Assembly (NCBI GenBank): GCA_051313645.2
Contig: JBNRSN020000001.1
Coordinates: forward strand, 260,896,001 to 260,960,000
Reading direction: 5' to 3'
Source: Centroscyllium fabricii
Lineage: Eukaryota
Length of the DNA: 64,000 nt
Shown: one piece after another, positions 23,988 to 35,792 of the stretch
Numbering within the stretch: the stretch's first letter is position 1
Layout of the letters: each line of letters begins with the position of its first letter
Made by a program: the position numbers and the translations under genes
The notes under the pieces: model-generated
Told to the model about the DNA's origin: nothing
The model's database searches: none
What the model saw: the letters and a program-made list of their open reading frames with translations, nothing else

Positions 23988-24375
23988 TAGGGTTCCCAAC
24001 CAAAGTTCCCTCTAAACGTGGCCGCGCAGTAACGGGAAAGGTGCCGCGCTTTCCGCTTCACCGGCTTTTCCGTTGAAAGTACCGCGCATGGGCAGAAATT
24101 TAAAGGGACCGCGCAGAACAAAGCGCGGCTAACTGGGAACATTGTTCCCAACCCGCCGGGATTACCCTGGGCACACTGCTGGGTGCAAACCAGGAAATAA
24201 AAATTCTAGGTGCTTTAAAAAATTGTCTATTTTTCCTCATTGAACATTTTTGTTTATTAGTGATAAAGAAAATATTGGAGATGGGGGGAAAAAGGTGACT
24301 GGGCGGGGCGGTTGGAGATGGGAGACCATGTGATAGAAACTCCAGGAATACGGCCCACTCGAGTTGGCAACCCTA
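23988..24375. mobile_element. hAT MITE (TAGGGTTGCCAAC-type TIR)
   Basis: tagggttcccaac ... gttggcaacccta; 8-bp TSD ATTCCAGC / ACTCCAGC. Confidence 0.75.
24001..24144. mobile_element. 144-bp hAT MITE nested at the left TIR of the previous MITE
   Basis: TIRs caaagttccc / gggaacattg (9/10); perfect 8-bp TSD TTCCCAAC. Confidence 0.85.
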
Positions 24376-24434
24376 ACTCCAGCAGGTGCTGTACATGCTG
24401 CAACTTTCATTATTGCAGTGAGTGTTCACAATAT

Positions 24435-24988
24435 TTAATGAGATCATGGCTGATCATCCACATTCAGTACCCTGTCCCTGCCTTCTCCCCATATCCCTTG
24501 ATTCCTTTAGCCTCAAGAAATATATCCAACTCCTTCTTGAATATATTTAATGAATTGGCCTCTACTGCCTTCTGTGGTAGTGAATTGCACAGTTTCACCA
24601 CTCTCTGGGTGAAGAAATTCCTCCTCATCTCAGTTCTAAATGGCTTACCCCTTATCTTTAGACTGTGATCCCTGGTTCTGGACTCCCCGCCATTGGGAAC
24701 ATTCTTCCTGCATCTAGTCTGTCTAGTCCTGTTAGAATTTTATAAGTTTCAATGCGATCCCCTCTCATTCTTCTAAACTCTAGCGAATATAAGCCCAATC
24801 GACCCAATCTCTCCTCATACGTCATTCCTGCCATCCCAGGTATCAGTCTGGTGAATCTTCGCTGTACTCCTTCCATGGCAAGAACATCCTTCCTTAGATA
24901 AGGTGACCAGAACTGCACACAATCCTCAAGATGTGGTTTCACCAAGGCCCTGTAAAACTGCAGCAAGACATCCTTGTTCCTGTACTCG
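24435..24988 (-). mobile_element. CR1 LINE 3' fragment
   Basis: LQFYRALVKPHLEDCVQFWSPYLRKD...RGDRIETYKIL. Confidence 0.85.
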
Positions 24989-25166
24989 ACGGCATGGTGG
25001 CATAGTGGTTAGCACTGTTGCATCACAGCGCTCGGGTGACTATCTGTGTGGAGTTTGCACATTCTCCCCGTGTCCACGCAGAGAGGTCCCGGGCCAAGCA
25101 GGATTCGAACCCAGGAGCTCCTTATTGCGAGGCAGCAGTGCTAACCACTGCGCCACCGTGTCGTCC

Positions 25167-25470
25167 TTCAGCTATGTGGCGAGACTAGAGAAGCTGGGAT
25201 TCTTCTCCTTAGAGCAGAGAAGGTTAAAGGGGAGATTTGATAGAGGTGTTCAAAATCATGAGGGGTTTTGACAGAGTAAATAAGGAGAAACTGTTTCCAC
25301 TGGCAGGAGGGTCACAGGGACACAGATTTAAGGTAAATAGAACCAGAGGGGAGATGAGGAGTAATTATAATCCGCAGCGTGTTGGTGTGATCTGGAATGC
25401 GCTGCCTGAAAGGCCGGTGGAAGCAGATTCAATAGTCGCTTTCGAAAAGAATTTGGTTATCTACTTGATT
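25167..25470 (+). mobile_element. CR1 LINE 3' fragment
   Basis: FSYVARLEKLGFFSLEQRRL..IEVFKIMRGFDRV..WNALPE. Confidence 0.75.
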
Positions 25471-25472
25471 AA

Positions 25473-25876
25473 GGGCGGCACAGTGGCATAGTGGTTAGCA
25501 CTGTTGCCTCACAGCACTGGAGACCCGGGTTCAAATCCAGCCTCGGGTGACTATCTGTGTGGAGTTTGCACATTCTCCCCGTGTCTGCGTGGGTTTCCTC
25601 CGGTTGCTCCGGTTTCCCCCCCACAGTCCAAAGATGTGCGGGTTAGGTTGATTGGCCAGGATAAATTGACCCTTAGTGTTAGGGGGATTGAATATGTGGG
25701 GTTACGGGGATAGGGTGGGATATGTGTCGGTGCAGGCTCGATGGGGATCGAGGGATGTGGGGGGTGGGCAGGGGCGGGTACTGGGTTTGGATGATCAGCC
25801 ATGATCTCATTGAATGGCGGAGCAGGCACGAAGGGCCGAATGGCCTACTCCTGCTCCTACCTTCTATGTTTCTATG
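25473..25876 (+). mobile_element. HE1-type V-SINE
   Basis: Full head, V-domain and CR1 tail. Confidence 0.9.
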
Positions 25877-26114
25877 AATGCAGACTAACGTATCTGATAT
25901 TCCACTCGCTGGTAGGGTGGTATCCCGCAGAGCAATTCCAGGGCCGTTCTGCAGGGCAAGTGGTGATGAGGTCATGCCGCGGGTTTGCTTCAGCAGCTCT
26001 ACTGCTGGAGTTCAAATCCGGACCAGACTGATTAGATGACAGTCAACTCTCTATTGTCCCACATCAGATGATTTGGGGGCCAATCTGAACCCAGATGCTG
26101 GTGGGTAGAGTCAT

Positions 26115-26922
26115 GGGGGGGATTTTCATGTCCCCGTGAGGCGGGGTTTTCGGCGGGTCGGCCGGCAAAATAGCGCAACCAGTGGGTCGCGACCGCCCAC
26201 CCCACCCCCCCCTCCCTGCCGGATCCCTGCTGCTTTAACATTTTCTCCCGCCCTGAATCCCCGCCCCGAAACCTTCCCACCGGCGGCCGGCGGGGATGGG
26301 TTGTCACCTCATTAAGGGCCCTTAATTGGCATGTTTAATGCCATTTTAAGGGCCCTTAGCCATTTTTAGCCATTTTCCACCCATTGTCCATCACCTTAAA
26401 CCCCGCTGGGTGAAACCCAGCTTGAGCACAGCGCTGGTCATTACTTTCTCCTTCAAGGTGTGAAGGACATGCTGCAAAATGCTTGGCATGTCTCCAGCAC
26501 CTTAGAGGAGTAAGTTACTCCGTGGTGGGTGCACCAGCTGTGGGCAAAAACTAAGAAATCTCAGCTTTGCACATTTCCTGACAGCCGGTGCCGAGCTGTC
26601 AAGGATTCGGAGCCTGCCCGCCCACCTGTCAGTCACCAGCACTTGACCTTTCCCATTGGTTCCACTCGACTGTGATGTCACAGTGGAGTGTTTCCATGGG
26701 AACTGTCAACAACCAGTGCTGGAACTGTCAATCAAGCTCCTCGCAGCCCGCTACAGCTCCGACTCGATTGAGTCAATTACCTCCTGCTGCCGCAGGCGGA
26801 GATTTAAGAACTCAATTAAATGAAAATTGCGTGGGGTTCCCAGGTCTTTAGGCAGGCGGGACAGGAACCCGCCCCGACCAATCCCTGCCAGGTTCCCGCA
26901 CTTCCGGCAAACGCCCCCCCCC
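26115..26922. mobile_element. ~800-bp non-autonomous DNA transposon, PIF/Harbinger-like (copy 1 of 3)
   Basis: gggggggattttc ... caaacgccccccc ends, 3-bp TSD CAT; homologous to 30331-31118 and 42503-43309. Confidence 0.65.
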
Positions 26923-26924
26923 CA

Positions 26925-27607
26925 TAGAGTCATAGAGTTATACAGCACAGAAAGAGGCCCTTCAGCCCATCGTGTCCGTACCGGCCATCAAGCCCTGTCT
27001 ATTCTAATCCCATTTTCCAGCATTTGGTCCGTAGCCTTGTATGCTATGGCATTTCAAGTGCTCATCTGAATGCTTCTTGAATGTTGTGAGGGTTCCTGCC
27101 TCTACCACCCTTTCAGGCAGTGAGTTCCAGCTTTCAACCACCCTCTAGGTGAAAAAATTCTTCCTCAAATCCCCTCTAAACCTCCTGCCCCTTACCTTGA
27201 ATCTGTGCCCCCTTGTTATTGACCCCTCTACTAAGGGGAAAAAGTTCCTTTCTATCGACCCTATCTATGCCCCTCATAATTTTGTACACCTCAATCAGGT
27301 CCCCCCCTCAGCCTTCTCTGCTCCAAGGAAAACAACCCCAGCCTGTCCAGCCTTTCTTCATAGCTGAAGTGCTCCAGCCCAAGTAACATCCTGGTGAATC
27401 TCCTCTGCACCCTCTCCAAAGCAATCATATCCTTCCTATAGTGTGGCGACCAGGACTGCACACAGTACTCCAGCTGTGGCCTTACCAACGTTTTGTACAG
27501 CTCCATCATAACCTCCCTGCTCTTATATTCAATGCCTTGGCTAATGAAGGCAAGTATCCCATATGCCTTTTTAACCACCTTATCCACCTGTCCTGCTGCC
27601 TTCAGGA
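26925..27607 (-). mobile_element. CR1 LINE 3' part
   Basis: DKVVKKAYGILAFISQGIEYKSREVMMELYKTLVRPQLEYC. Confidence 0.85.
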
Positions 27608-28515
27608 GATGAAGTTGACAATATTGATGCTGAAGAAGGAAGCTGTAGACTGCAGGAAGATATCAATAAATTGGTCAGGTGGGCAGAACAGTGGCAAATG
27701 GAATTCAATCCGGAGAAGTGTGAGGTAATCCATTTGGGGAGGGCTAATAAGGAAAGGGAATACACATTAAATGGTAGGACACTGAGTAGTGTAGAGGAAC
27801 AAAGGGTCCTTGGAGTGCATGTCCACAGATCCCTGAAGGTAGCAGGCCAAGTAGATAAGGTGGTTAAGGAGGCATATGGAATGCTTGTCTTTATTAACCG
27901 TGGCATAGAATACAAGAACGGGGGGGTTATGCTTCAAATGTATAAAACACCAGTGCGTCTCACCTAGAGTACTGCGTGCAGTTCTGGTCACCGCATTACA
28001 GGAAAGATGTGATTGCACTAGAGAGGGTACAGAGGAGATTTACAAGGATGTTGCCGGGAGTAGAGAATCTTAGCTATGAGGAAAGACTGGATAGGCTGGG
28101 TCTGTTTTCCTTGGAACAAAGGAGGCTGAGGGAAGATCTTATTGAGGTGTATATAATTATGAGGGGCCTAGATAAAGTGGATAAAAAGGACCTATTTCCC
28201 TTAGCAGAGGGGTCAAAAACCAGGGGGCACAGATTTAAAGTAATTGGGGGAAGGTTTAGAGGGGATTTGAGGGGAAATTTCTTCACCCAGAGGGTTGTGG
28301 GGGTCTGGAACTCACTGCCTGAGAGGGTGGTTGAGGCAGGAACCCTAACCACATTTTAAAAAGTAGTTGGATGTGCAATTGGGATGCTGTAACCTGCAGG
28401 GCTATGGACCAAGAGCTGGGAAGTGGGATTAGGCTGGATAGCTCTTTGTTGGCCGGCGCGGACACGATGGGCCGAAATGGCCTCCCTTCGTGCTGTAACT
28501 TTCTATGATTCTATA
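27608..28515 (+). mobile_element. CR1 LINE 3' part, abutting the previous copy in inverted orientation
   Basis: WAEQWQMEFNPEKCEVIH...QFWSPHYRKDVIALERVQRRFTRMLPG; tail ctatgattctat. Confidence 0.85.
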
Positions 28516-29544
28516 TTAATATGAACATAAGAAATAGGAGCAGGAGTAGGCCAATCGGCCCCTCGAGCCTGCTCTGCCATTTAACAAGATCATGGCTGAT
28601 CTGATCCTAACCTCAATTTTATTTTTACTCTCCATCCCGCCCAAACCCATGTGATCACCCGGGAGAGGCGAAAAACCAGATAAAAAACCCAATTTGGGAG
28701 AAAAAATCTGGGAAATTCCTCTCCAACCCATCTATTGTTCAGAGAGGCCAGAGGATCGTTGGTGCGTAAAATGAAAACACCTCACATTGGTGGAGTAAAG
28801 GGTACTCTGCTAAAGTTGCTCCTGAGACGCATTGTTGGGAAGCTTTGCTCTAAGCCTGGCTATGCTACACCTGACCCGAGATCGCTTGCTGGTGAAACTG
28901 GAGGCTGCATTTTCCTATAACCCACCCATACAGGGCGCACCTGCGCCCATCCCTTGATGCTGCAATTACCCCGCGACAGTTTCCTGGGTTGGGGGTTTAT
29001 TTGCCCTGTATGATGGGCTCCGCCGTTATCCTCGCCAGCAAGCGGGGAGCCTGCCAGTGGGTCCCAGGAAAATCCAATTGGTGTCTCAGTGGGATTGCCA
29101 CGCAGCACCAGAAGAGGTGGGAGGCCAGGTTAAAGGGGCCACAGCAAATCTTTTACTGAAGGCCCCGGCGATGACTGAGACCGTCAGCAGGTACTGGTCC
29201 AGGATGGAGGGAGAGAGGAGGCGGCCAATAGGCCCACTCCCTCCATCAGAAGACTTTGCAGCCTTTCCACCGCTATCCCAGGGACTGTGGCCAGGTTTCA
29301 CCTCGTGGTCATGGGGACTGGCGCTTAGAGAGCCATTTGGAAATGGCGGGCTGGGAAGGAATGGCCAGTGGCAGTCCTGCTGCGGGAAGAGGGAGGGAAG
29401 TTAAGGTAGGAACAGGAAGCGGCAGTGGGCCTCGCTGCCTGATTTCTCCCGCTGTTTCTGCCACTATCCCACCTGATTTGGAGCAGGATAGCAGAGCAAA
29501 GTCCAGGCCTGGGTGTCTATTGTGGGAAGTTCCGTGCCCTGTTA

Positions 29545-30148
29545 TAGAACATAGAACATAGAACATAGAACACAGAACATAGAACATAGAACATAGAACA
29601 TACAGCACTGTACAGGCCCTTGGGCCCTCAATGTAGTGCCGCGCTTAGTCCGTCTCTGATTTTTCCTGTCCCCCCTACTCTTCCTTCCCCGCCATGTACC
29701 TATCTATCATCCTTTTAAAAGCTCCCAGACTGTCCGCATCCACTATTTCAGATGGTAGCCTATTCCACTCCCCGACCACTCTCTGTGTAAAGAACTTGCC
29801 CCTGCCATCCCTTCTGAATCTTCCTCCTTGAATCTTGTGCTCGTGCCCTCTTGTTGTCGTTCTTCCCACCCGGGGAAACAGTCTCTGCACGTTTACTCTA
29901 TCGATCCCCTTCATCATCTTAAACACCTCTATCAAGTCCCCCCTCTTCCTTCTCCGCTCCAGGGAGAAGAGTCCCAGCTCCCTCAACCTCTCCTCGTACG
30001 ACTTACCCCCATTCCCGGCAGCATCCTGGTGAATCTCCTCTGCACCCTCTCCAGCGTCTCCACATCCCTCCTGTAGTACGGTGCCCAGAACTGCACACAG
30101 TACTCCAAGTGTGGTCTCACCAGTGACCTGTACAGCCGTAGCATGACT
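29545..30148 (-). mobile_element. CR1 LINE 3' end, young subfamily
   Basis: Nearly identical to 43590-44160; (CATAGAA)n tail. Confidence 0.88.
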
Positions 30149-30330
30149 TTTGCTGAACAGAACCCAGGAATACTATCCCCAAAATTCTGGTATAAATCCC
30201 ATATGATAAAAACTGAAGTTGGCTAACTGAGTCTCCATAAGCTCTAATTCTAGGGACTGTCAGCCCTTTATATACTGTTGGCTCGGTCACTGGTTCTCCA
30301 CTACCCCACCCAAATTTGGACTGAATCATA

Positions 30331-31118
30331 GGGGGGGAGTTTCCTGGAAGTGCGGGAACCTGGCAGGGATTGGTCGGGGCGGGTTCCTGTCCCGCCCGCC
30401 CAAAGACCTGGGAACCCCATGCAATTTTCATTTAATTGATTAATCAAATCCCCTGCGTGCGGGGAGCCGGTGGTAATTGACTGAATCGAGTCGGAGCTCC
30501 AGCGGGCTGCGAGGAGCTTGACAGACAATTCCAGCACAGGTTGTTGACAGTTCCCATGGAAACACTGCACTGTGACATCACAGTGGAGTGCAGCCAATGG
30601 GAAAGGCCAAGTGCTGGTGAGTGACAGCTGGGCGGGTGGGCTCTGAATCTTTGACAGCTAGCCACCAGCTGTCAGCAAATCTGGAAAGGTAAGATTTCTC
30701 AGTTTTTGCTCACAGCTGGTCTTGACCCAATGGAGTGACTTACTCCTCCAAGGTGTTGAAGGCCTGGGAAGCATTTTGCTCCAGGTCCTTCAACACCTTG
30801 AAGGAAAAAGTTAGGAAGATCACTGTGCTCCCGTTGGGTTTTCACCAGCTGGGTTTTAGGATGGCGGGGTTAGGTTGGGAAGGGGGTGAAAATTCCTAAC
30901 GGCCATTAAAATGGCATTACACATGCCAATTAAGGGCCCTTAATGAGCTGACAAACCATCCCCGAGGGGCGGGGAGACAGGGCGGGGGAAAATGTCAAAG
31001 CGGCAGGGATCTGGCGGGGGTGGGGGGGGGGGGGGGACCCAACCCGCCAGTTCCGCTATTTTGCCGGCCGACCCACCGAAAACCCCGACTCACGGGGAGA
31101 TAAAAATCCCCCCCCCCC
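30331..31118. mobile_element. PIF/Harbinger-like non-autonomous element (copy 2, inverted)
   Basis: Reverse complement of 26115-26922. Confidence 0.65.
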
Positions 31119-31241
31119 ATTAAGTGCAATCCTCAAAATAATGGTAAAAACAATCCTAGAACACCATTTAATAAGCCAATGGAATTTGGTCACCGTAGGC
31201 CATTAACTCTGGAGATTTGATGTACTTTGTCTCTGTTGCAG

Positions 31242-31314
31242 GGAGAACGAGAGCCGCTCTGAGCCTGACAATGATCTGGAGAATCAGAGAAGGGGAAGCG
31301 GAAGCAACGCATCG
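31242..31314 (+). CDS. STAG2: STAG2-like coding exon 2 (ENESRSEPDNDLENQRRGSGSNAS)
   Basis: Acceptor tttgtctctgttgcag, donor GTGAGT; 73 nt, phase 2 to 0, joins the flanking exons in frame; weak similarity on its own. Confidence 0.65.
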
Positions 31315-31494
31315 GTGAGTCGGAGGAAATTTCCTCTCTTGGCAGCAGGATAGGTGCAAGATTCAAAGCTGGGTTTTTTTTTCGATTTGTTTATGGGATC
31401 AGGGCGTCGCTGGAAAGGCCAGCAGTTGTTGCCCATCCCTAGTTGCCCTTGAGAAGGTGGTGGTGAGCACAACTGAGTGACTTGCTAACAACTA

Positions 31495-31880
31495 GGGCGG
31501 CACAGTGGCGCAGTGGTTAGCACTGTTGTCTCACAGCACTGGAGACCCGGGTTCAAATCCGGCCTCGGGTACTATCTGTGTGGAGTTTGCACATTCTCCC
31601 CGTGTCTGCGTCCGGTTTCCTCCCACAGTCCAAAGATGTGCGGGTTAGGTTGATTGGCCAGGATAAATTGACCCTTAGTGTTAGGGGGATTAAATATGTG
31701 GGGTTACGGGGATAGGGTGGGATATGTGTCGGTGCAGGCTCGATAGGGATATGGGGAGAAAGCAGGGACAGGGTACTGGGTTTGGATGATCAGCCATGAT
31801 CTCATTGAATGGCGGAGCAGGCTCGAAGGGCCGAATGGCCTACTCCTGCTTCTATCTTCTATGTTTCTATGTTTCTATGT
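31495..31880 (+). mobile_element. HE1-type V-SINE
   Basis: Head, V-domain with a small deletion, tail. Confidence 0.9.
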
Positions 31881-32585
31881 AACAACAGAAAATGCTGGAG
31901 AAACTCAGCTGGCCAGGCAGCATCAGTGGAGAGAGAAACAGAGTTAACGTTTCAGGTCGATGACCTTTCTTCAGAACTGGAGAAACCAGGAGAGGGGATA
32001 GATTTGAAAGCTAGTAGGGGTTGGGGAAAGGGGGAGGGGCTGAAAGAACAAAGGGAAGGTCAGCGACAGGATAAAAGGCGGGGAGATTGAGAGACATTAA
32101 GAGAAATTCAAGGAACACAGGATGGCTCGAAAGGTGTGAACGGCTCTGGCAGAGAAGCAAAAAGAAAAAAAGAAATAAGCCCAGGCGAAAGTGTGGATTG
32201 AAAAAGAGAGAAAATATATATATATATATATATATAAAAAAGTGTGGTACGGGCCGAGGTTATGATCTAAAATTGTTGAACTCTATGTTTAGTCCAGAGG
32301 GCTGTAGAGTGCCCAAGCGAAAGATGAGGTGCTGTTCCTCGAGTTTACGCTGGGCTTCCGTGGAACAATGCAACGGGCCACAGACAGTGAGGTCTGAATG
32401 GGAGTGAAGCGGAGAATTTAAGTGACAGGCCACCGGCAGCTCAGGTGTCCCCCCTTACCGACTGAACAGAGGTGTTCCGCAAATCGGTCACCCAATCTGC
32501 GTTTGGTCTCCCCGATGTAATGAGTTTTTGCAGCGTTTTTAGTTGTTGTTTCAGATTTCCAGCATCCGCAGTATTATGCTATCGC
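31881..32585 (-). mobile_element. Penelope-like element 3' portion with inverted terminal piece
   Basis: Minus-strand GETKRRLGDRFAEHL (GIY-YIG region) near 32470-32515; terminal repeat aaaatgctggagaaactcagc... Confidence 0.75.
31942..31978 (-). ncRNA. Minimal type I hammerhead ribozyme motif of the Penelope-like terminal repeat
   Basis: Minus strand AGUU-CUGAAGA-A-AGGUC(AUC)GACCU-GAAA-C-GUU-AACU: stem I, core, stem II, palindromic ACGU stem III. Confidence 0.65.
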
Positions 32586-33694
32586 ATGAGTGACTTGCTC
32601 GGCCATTTCAGAGGGCAGTTAAGAGTCAACCACATTGCTGTGGGTCTGGAAAAAAAACATAGAAACATAGAAGATAGGAGCAGGAGTCAGCCATTCGGCC
32701 CTTCGAGCCTGCTCCGCCATTCAATGAGATCATGGCTGATCATCCAAACCCAGATATAGGCCAGACCGGGTAAGGACGGCAGATTTCCTTCCCTAAAGGA
32801 CATTAGTGAACCTTCTTCCTTCTTCTGAGGCAGTCCCTCGGAACCGAGGATGACTTGCTTCCACATTAAAAATGAGTTCTCAGGTGACTGAGGAATCCAA
32901 TGCAAGCCATGAGGGTCCTGACGTTCCAGGTCCCGAACTTCATTTTAAAGGGTGGAAGCATTCTTGAATTCTTTTAATGTGAGGTGGCCGTTGCACACCA
33001 ACCACCACACGGGCTTGACAGAGCAAGGTCTTGGTCCAATGGCAAGGGGATCCAAGATGACTGGAGACCAGGCTCTGCTACAACGGCCTAGCCCACACAC
33101 ACACAAACATACTCCTACTGTCCTCCTTCCCTCCCGCAGGTCCTCTCCGCCTGGGTCTCGCAGGATGCACTGTGGTCCTCCCGACCTCGCCACCGGCCCG
33201 CGCCGCACCCTGCCTGGGCCCCAACCCCACCGCTGGGCTCGTCCTCGCTCCCGGGACCTTCTCCTCGGACAGGACATGAACGATGTTGTCTCTCACAGGA
33301 TCAAACCAGCACCGATACTCTCACGATCCCTGGCCCCGAGCTCCACTCGTGATCCACTAGTCACTAGATCACCAGTCCAGTGGAGAAGCGTAGACTTGAT
33401 GGCAGCGAGGCACTCCAGCGCAGTGCTGAGGCAACACCCTGTGGGTTAGTAAGACTCTGTCCAGAGCAGTATAAGAAACAGGAGTCGGCCATTTGGCCCC
33501 TCGAGCCTGCTCCGCCATTCAATAAGATCACGGCTGATCATCTATCTTATCACCACTTTCCTGCACTGTCCCCGCATCCCTTGATTTTAATCACACTCTC
33601 CATTAATCACACTCTCCATTAATCACACTCTCCATTAGTGAATCAGATGGGTTTTTACAACAATCTGATAGTTTCATGGTCACCATTACTGGTA

Positions 33695-34210
33695 CAGTCA
33701 AACCTGCGTTAGCGGCCACCTCCACAGAACGGCCACCTGTCCAACACGGCCAGCGGCCACCCGTTCTGTATCCCTCCAGCACTTTCCCACTGCACACAGC
33801 GGTCAGTGGGCTGGGCTCCGAGTGGGCTCCGCTGGGCTGGGCTGGGCTCCAAGTGGGCTCCGATGGGCAGGGCTGGGCTCCGATTGGGCTCCACTGGGCC
33901 GAGCTGGGCTCCGAGTGGGCTCCGCTGGGCTGGGCTCCGAGTGGGCACCCTTGACCGGGCTGGACGCCGCTGCGCCGGGCTGGGCTCCACCGCGCCGAGC
34001 TGCCAACCGGGTCCTACATCTTCCCGGACCGGCCCGGCTGTCTGGCGGAGCTGCGGAGAGTCTCCGTCTCCCTCTCCTCACACGCACACAGCCCGTGTAC
34101 ATGTACATAAAAACAAAATGGCTGCCGTCAACCTGTATAGGAAGGCCACCTGTCTATAAAGGCCACTTTTTGCCTTTCCCGTGAGTGGCCTCTCTGTATA
34201 GGTTTGACTG
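33695..34210. mobile_element. Tc1/mariner (pogo/Tigger-like) MITE with internal GGGCT-rich repeats
   Basis: TIRs cagtcaaacct / aggtttgactg, TA TSD. Confidence 0.85.
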
Positions 34211-34671
34211 TACTAGCTTTATTTATTTAATTTAAATTCCCCAGCTGCCATGGTGGGATTTGAACTCATGACTCTGGATCATTAGTCCAGGCCTTCTGAA
34301 TTACGAGCCCAGTGACATTACCACTATGCTACCGTATCACAACCTCGAGAGTAACGATAAGCAACTTCACTGATAGCACCATAAAGAAAAGAAAAAATAA
34401 ATTTTGGATTCCAGGATCTACTTACTTGGGCGTTGTCTCCCAGGGTTTATGCTGTTAAATCCATTTTATGGGGGGTGGGTCCCAGCCGAAGGCTGATAGA
34501 CCCGAGCAAAAAAAACCCTGCAACCTTCATCGAGTAGTCGCAATGTTAGAAAAGGCTGCGCTGACCTTTTGAGGACAGCATCGGCAACATTTCAGCCGAT
34601 GCAATCAGTGTGGCAACCTTAGCTCTGGAGAGCAATCTTAACATGTTTGTTTTTTTCCTTGCATTTTTCAG

Positions 34672-34836
34672 TCCTGGAAGAGAAGACGAAGGGACCAGTC
34701 TGACATCGGCAGGCGGAGAGCATCATCCTTCGAGTCTTCCCGCCAGATCCGAACGAATGGGCACCGCCAGCCGGATGGAGGCGTTCAGGCCGTCACTCTG
34801 TTTGAAGTGGTCAGGATGGGGAAGAGTGCTATGCAG
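34672..34836 (+). CDS. STAG2: STAG2-like coding exon 3 (SWKRRRR...NGHRQPDGGVQAVTLFEVVRMGKSAMQ)
   Basis: 165 nt, AG/GT bounded; LFEVV.MGKSAMQ is the STAG1/2 motif. Confidence 0.92.
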
Positions 34837-34946
34837 GTACTTGCTGCTCGATGAGAATTCAGATGGTGCGGTAATATCTAACATTCCAGCAAGCCCAGTA
34901 GTCATTAATTCATACAAAAGCAAAATACTGCGGATGCTTAAAATCT

Positions 34947-35117
34947 GAAATAAAAAACCAGAAAATGCTGGAAATACTCAGCAGGTCAGGCAGCATCTGT
35001 GGAGAGAGAAACAGAGTTAACGTTTCAGGTCGATGACCTGAAACGTTAACTCGGTTTCTCTCTCCACAAATGCTGCCTGACCTGCTGAGTATTTCCAGCA
35101 TTTTCTGTTTTTATTTT
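34947..35117. repeat. Near-perfect palindrome built from Penelope terminal repeats
   Basis: Arms of about 80 bp around a GAT loop at 35032-35034 (...tttcaggtc GAT gacctgaaa...). Confidence 0.9.
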
Positions 35118-35297
35118 AGTCCTTAATTCATGTTACTTGTGGGCCTAACAGCCAAACCACTGTCCTCTACTGACATCTATAAGTGCAGGGGTTACTGGAT
35201 CTAGGGGCAGTTGCACTTCCCTAACCCAGAAACTTGAGGCCAGTTGTACCGCCCCCCCCTCCCCACCCCCGGCGCTGGCTGAGATCAACTAACCCAG

Positions 35298-35516
35298 TGT
35301 GGTAATACAGAACAGCTTCTATCTGCTTACATCACTTCCGGGGACCTATGAACTTTTGTATGATGTCACTTCCTGTAACTAGCCCAGTATAAATACTGGG
35401 CTACTCACTATGATTTAGTAAGAGGCATAGTGAAGACCTCTTTTGTATATAGCACCTTTATAAGTTGATTAAAGCTTACCTTAAGTTCCTATCGTGTAAG
35501 TTTCATTCTTACAACA
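35298..35516 (+). mobile_element. 219-bp solo LTR
   Basis: tgtggtaa...acaaca, TSD CCCAG (35293-35297, 35517-35521), TATAAA and ATTAAA inside. Confidence 0.85.
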
Positions 35517-35792
35517 CCCAGTATAGACCTGACGTTACGGGTTAGTGCCGCATCAGACAGTATTAGGCGGTTCTAAGTGCCAAGTCATAAAATGATCGAA
35601 CAATTGACATACAGAAAACTCTTGTTTAAACGGCACCTAACTAATTCTCTATTAACTGGCAAAATTCTCATGCCGAAAACAACACCTCAATAACTACTAG
35701 ATTGATTCCCGGGATGGCCGGACTGACATATCAAGAAAGACTGGATCAGCTGAACTTGTACTCTCTGGAGTTCAGAAGAATGAGGGGGTGAA

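Larger units (their letters stand above)
31385..34335 (-). mobile_element. tRNA-headed SINE broken into pieces by later insertions
   Basis: Tail 31385-31490 (matches the 7040 LINE 3' end), body 32590-32650, 32755-32810, 33635-33692, head 34213-34335 (ggatttgaactc B-box complement). Confidence 0.55.
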
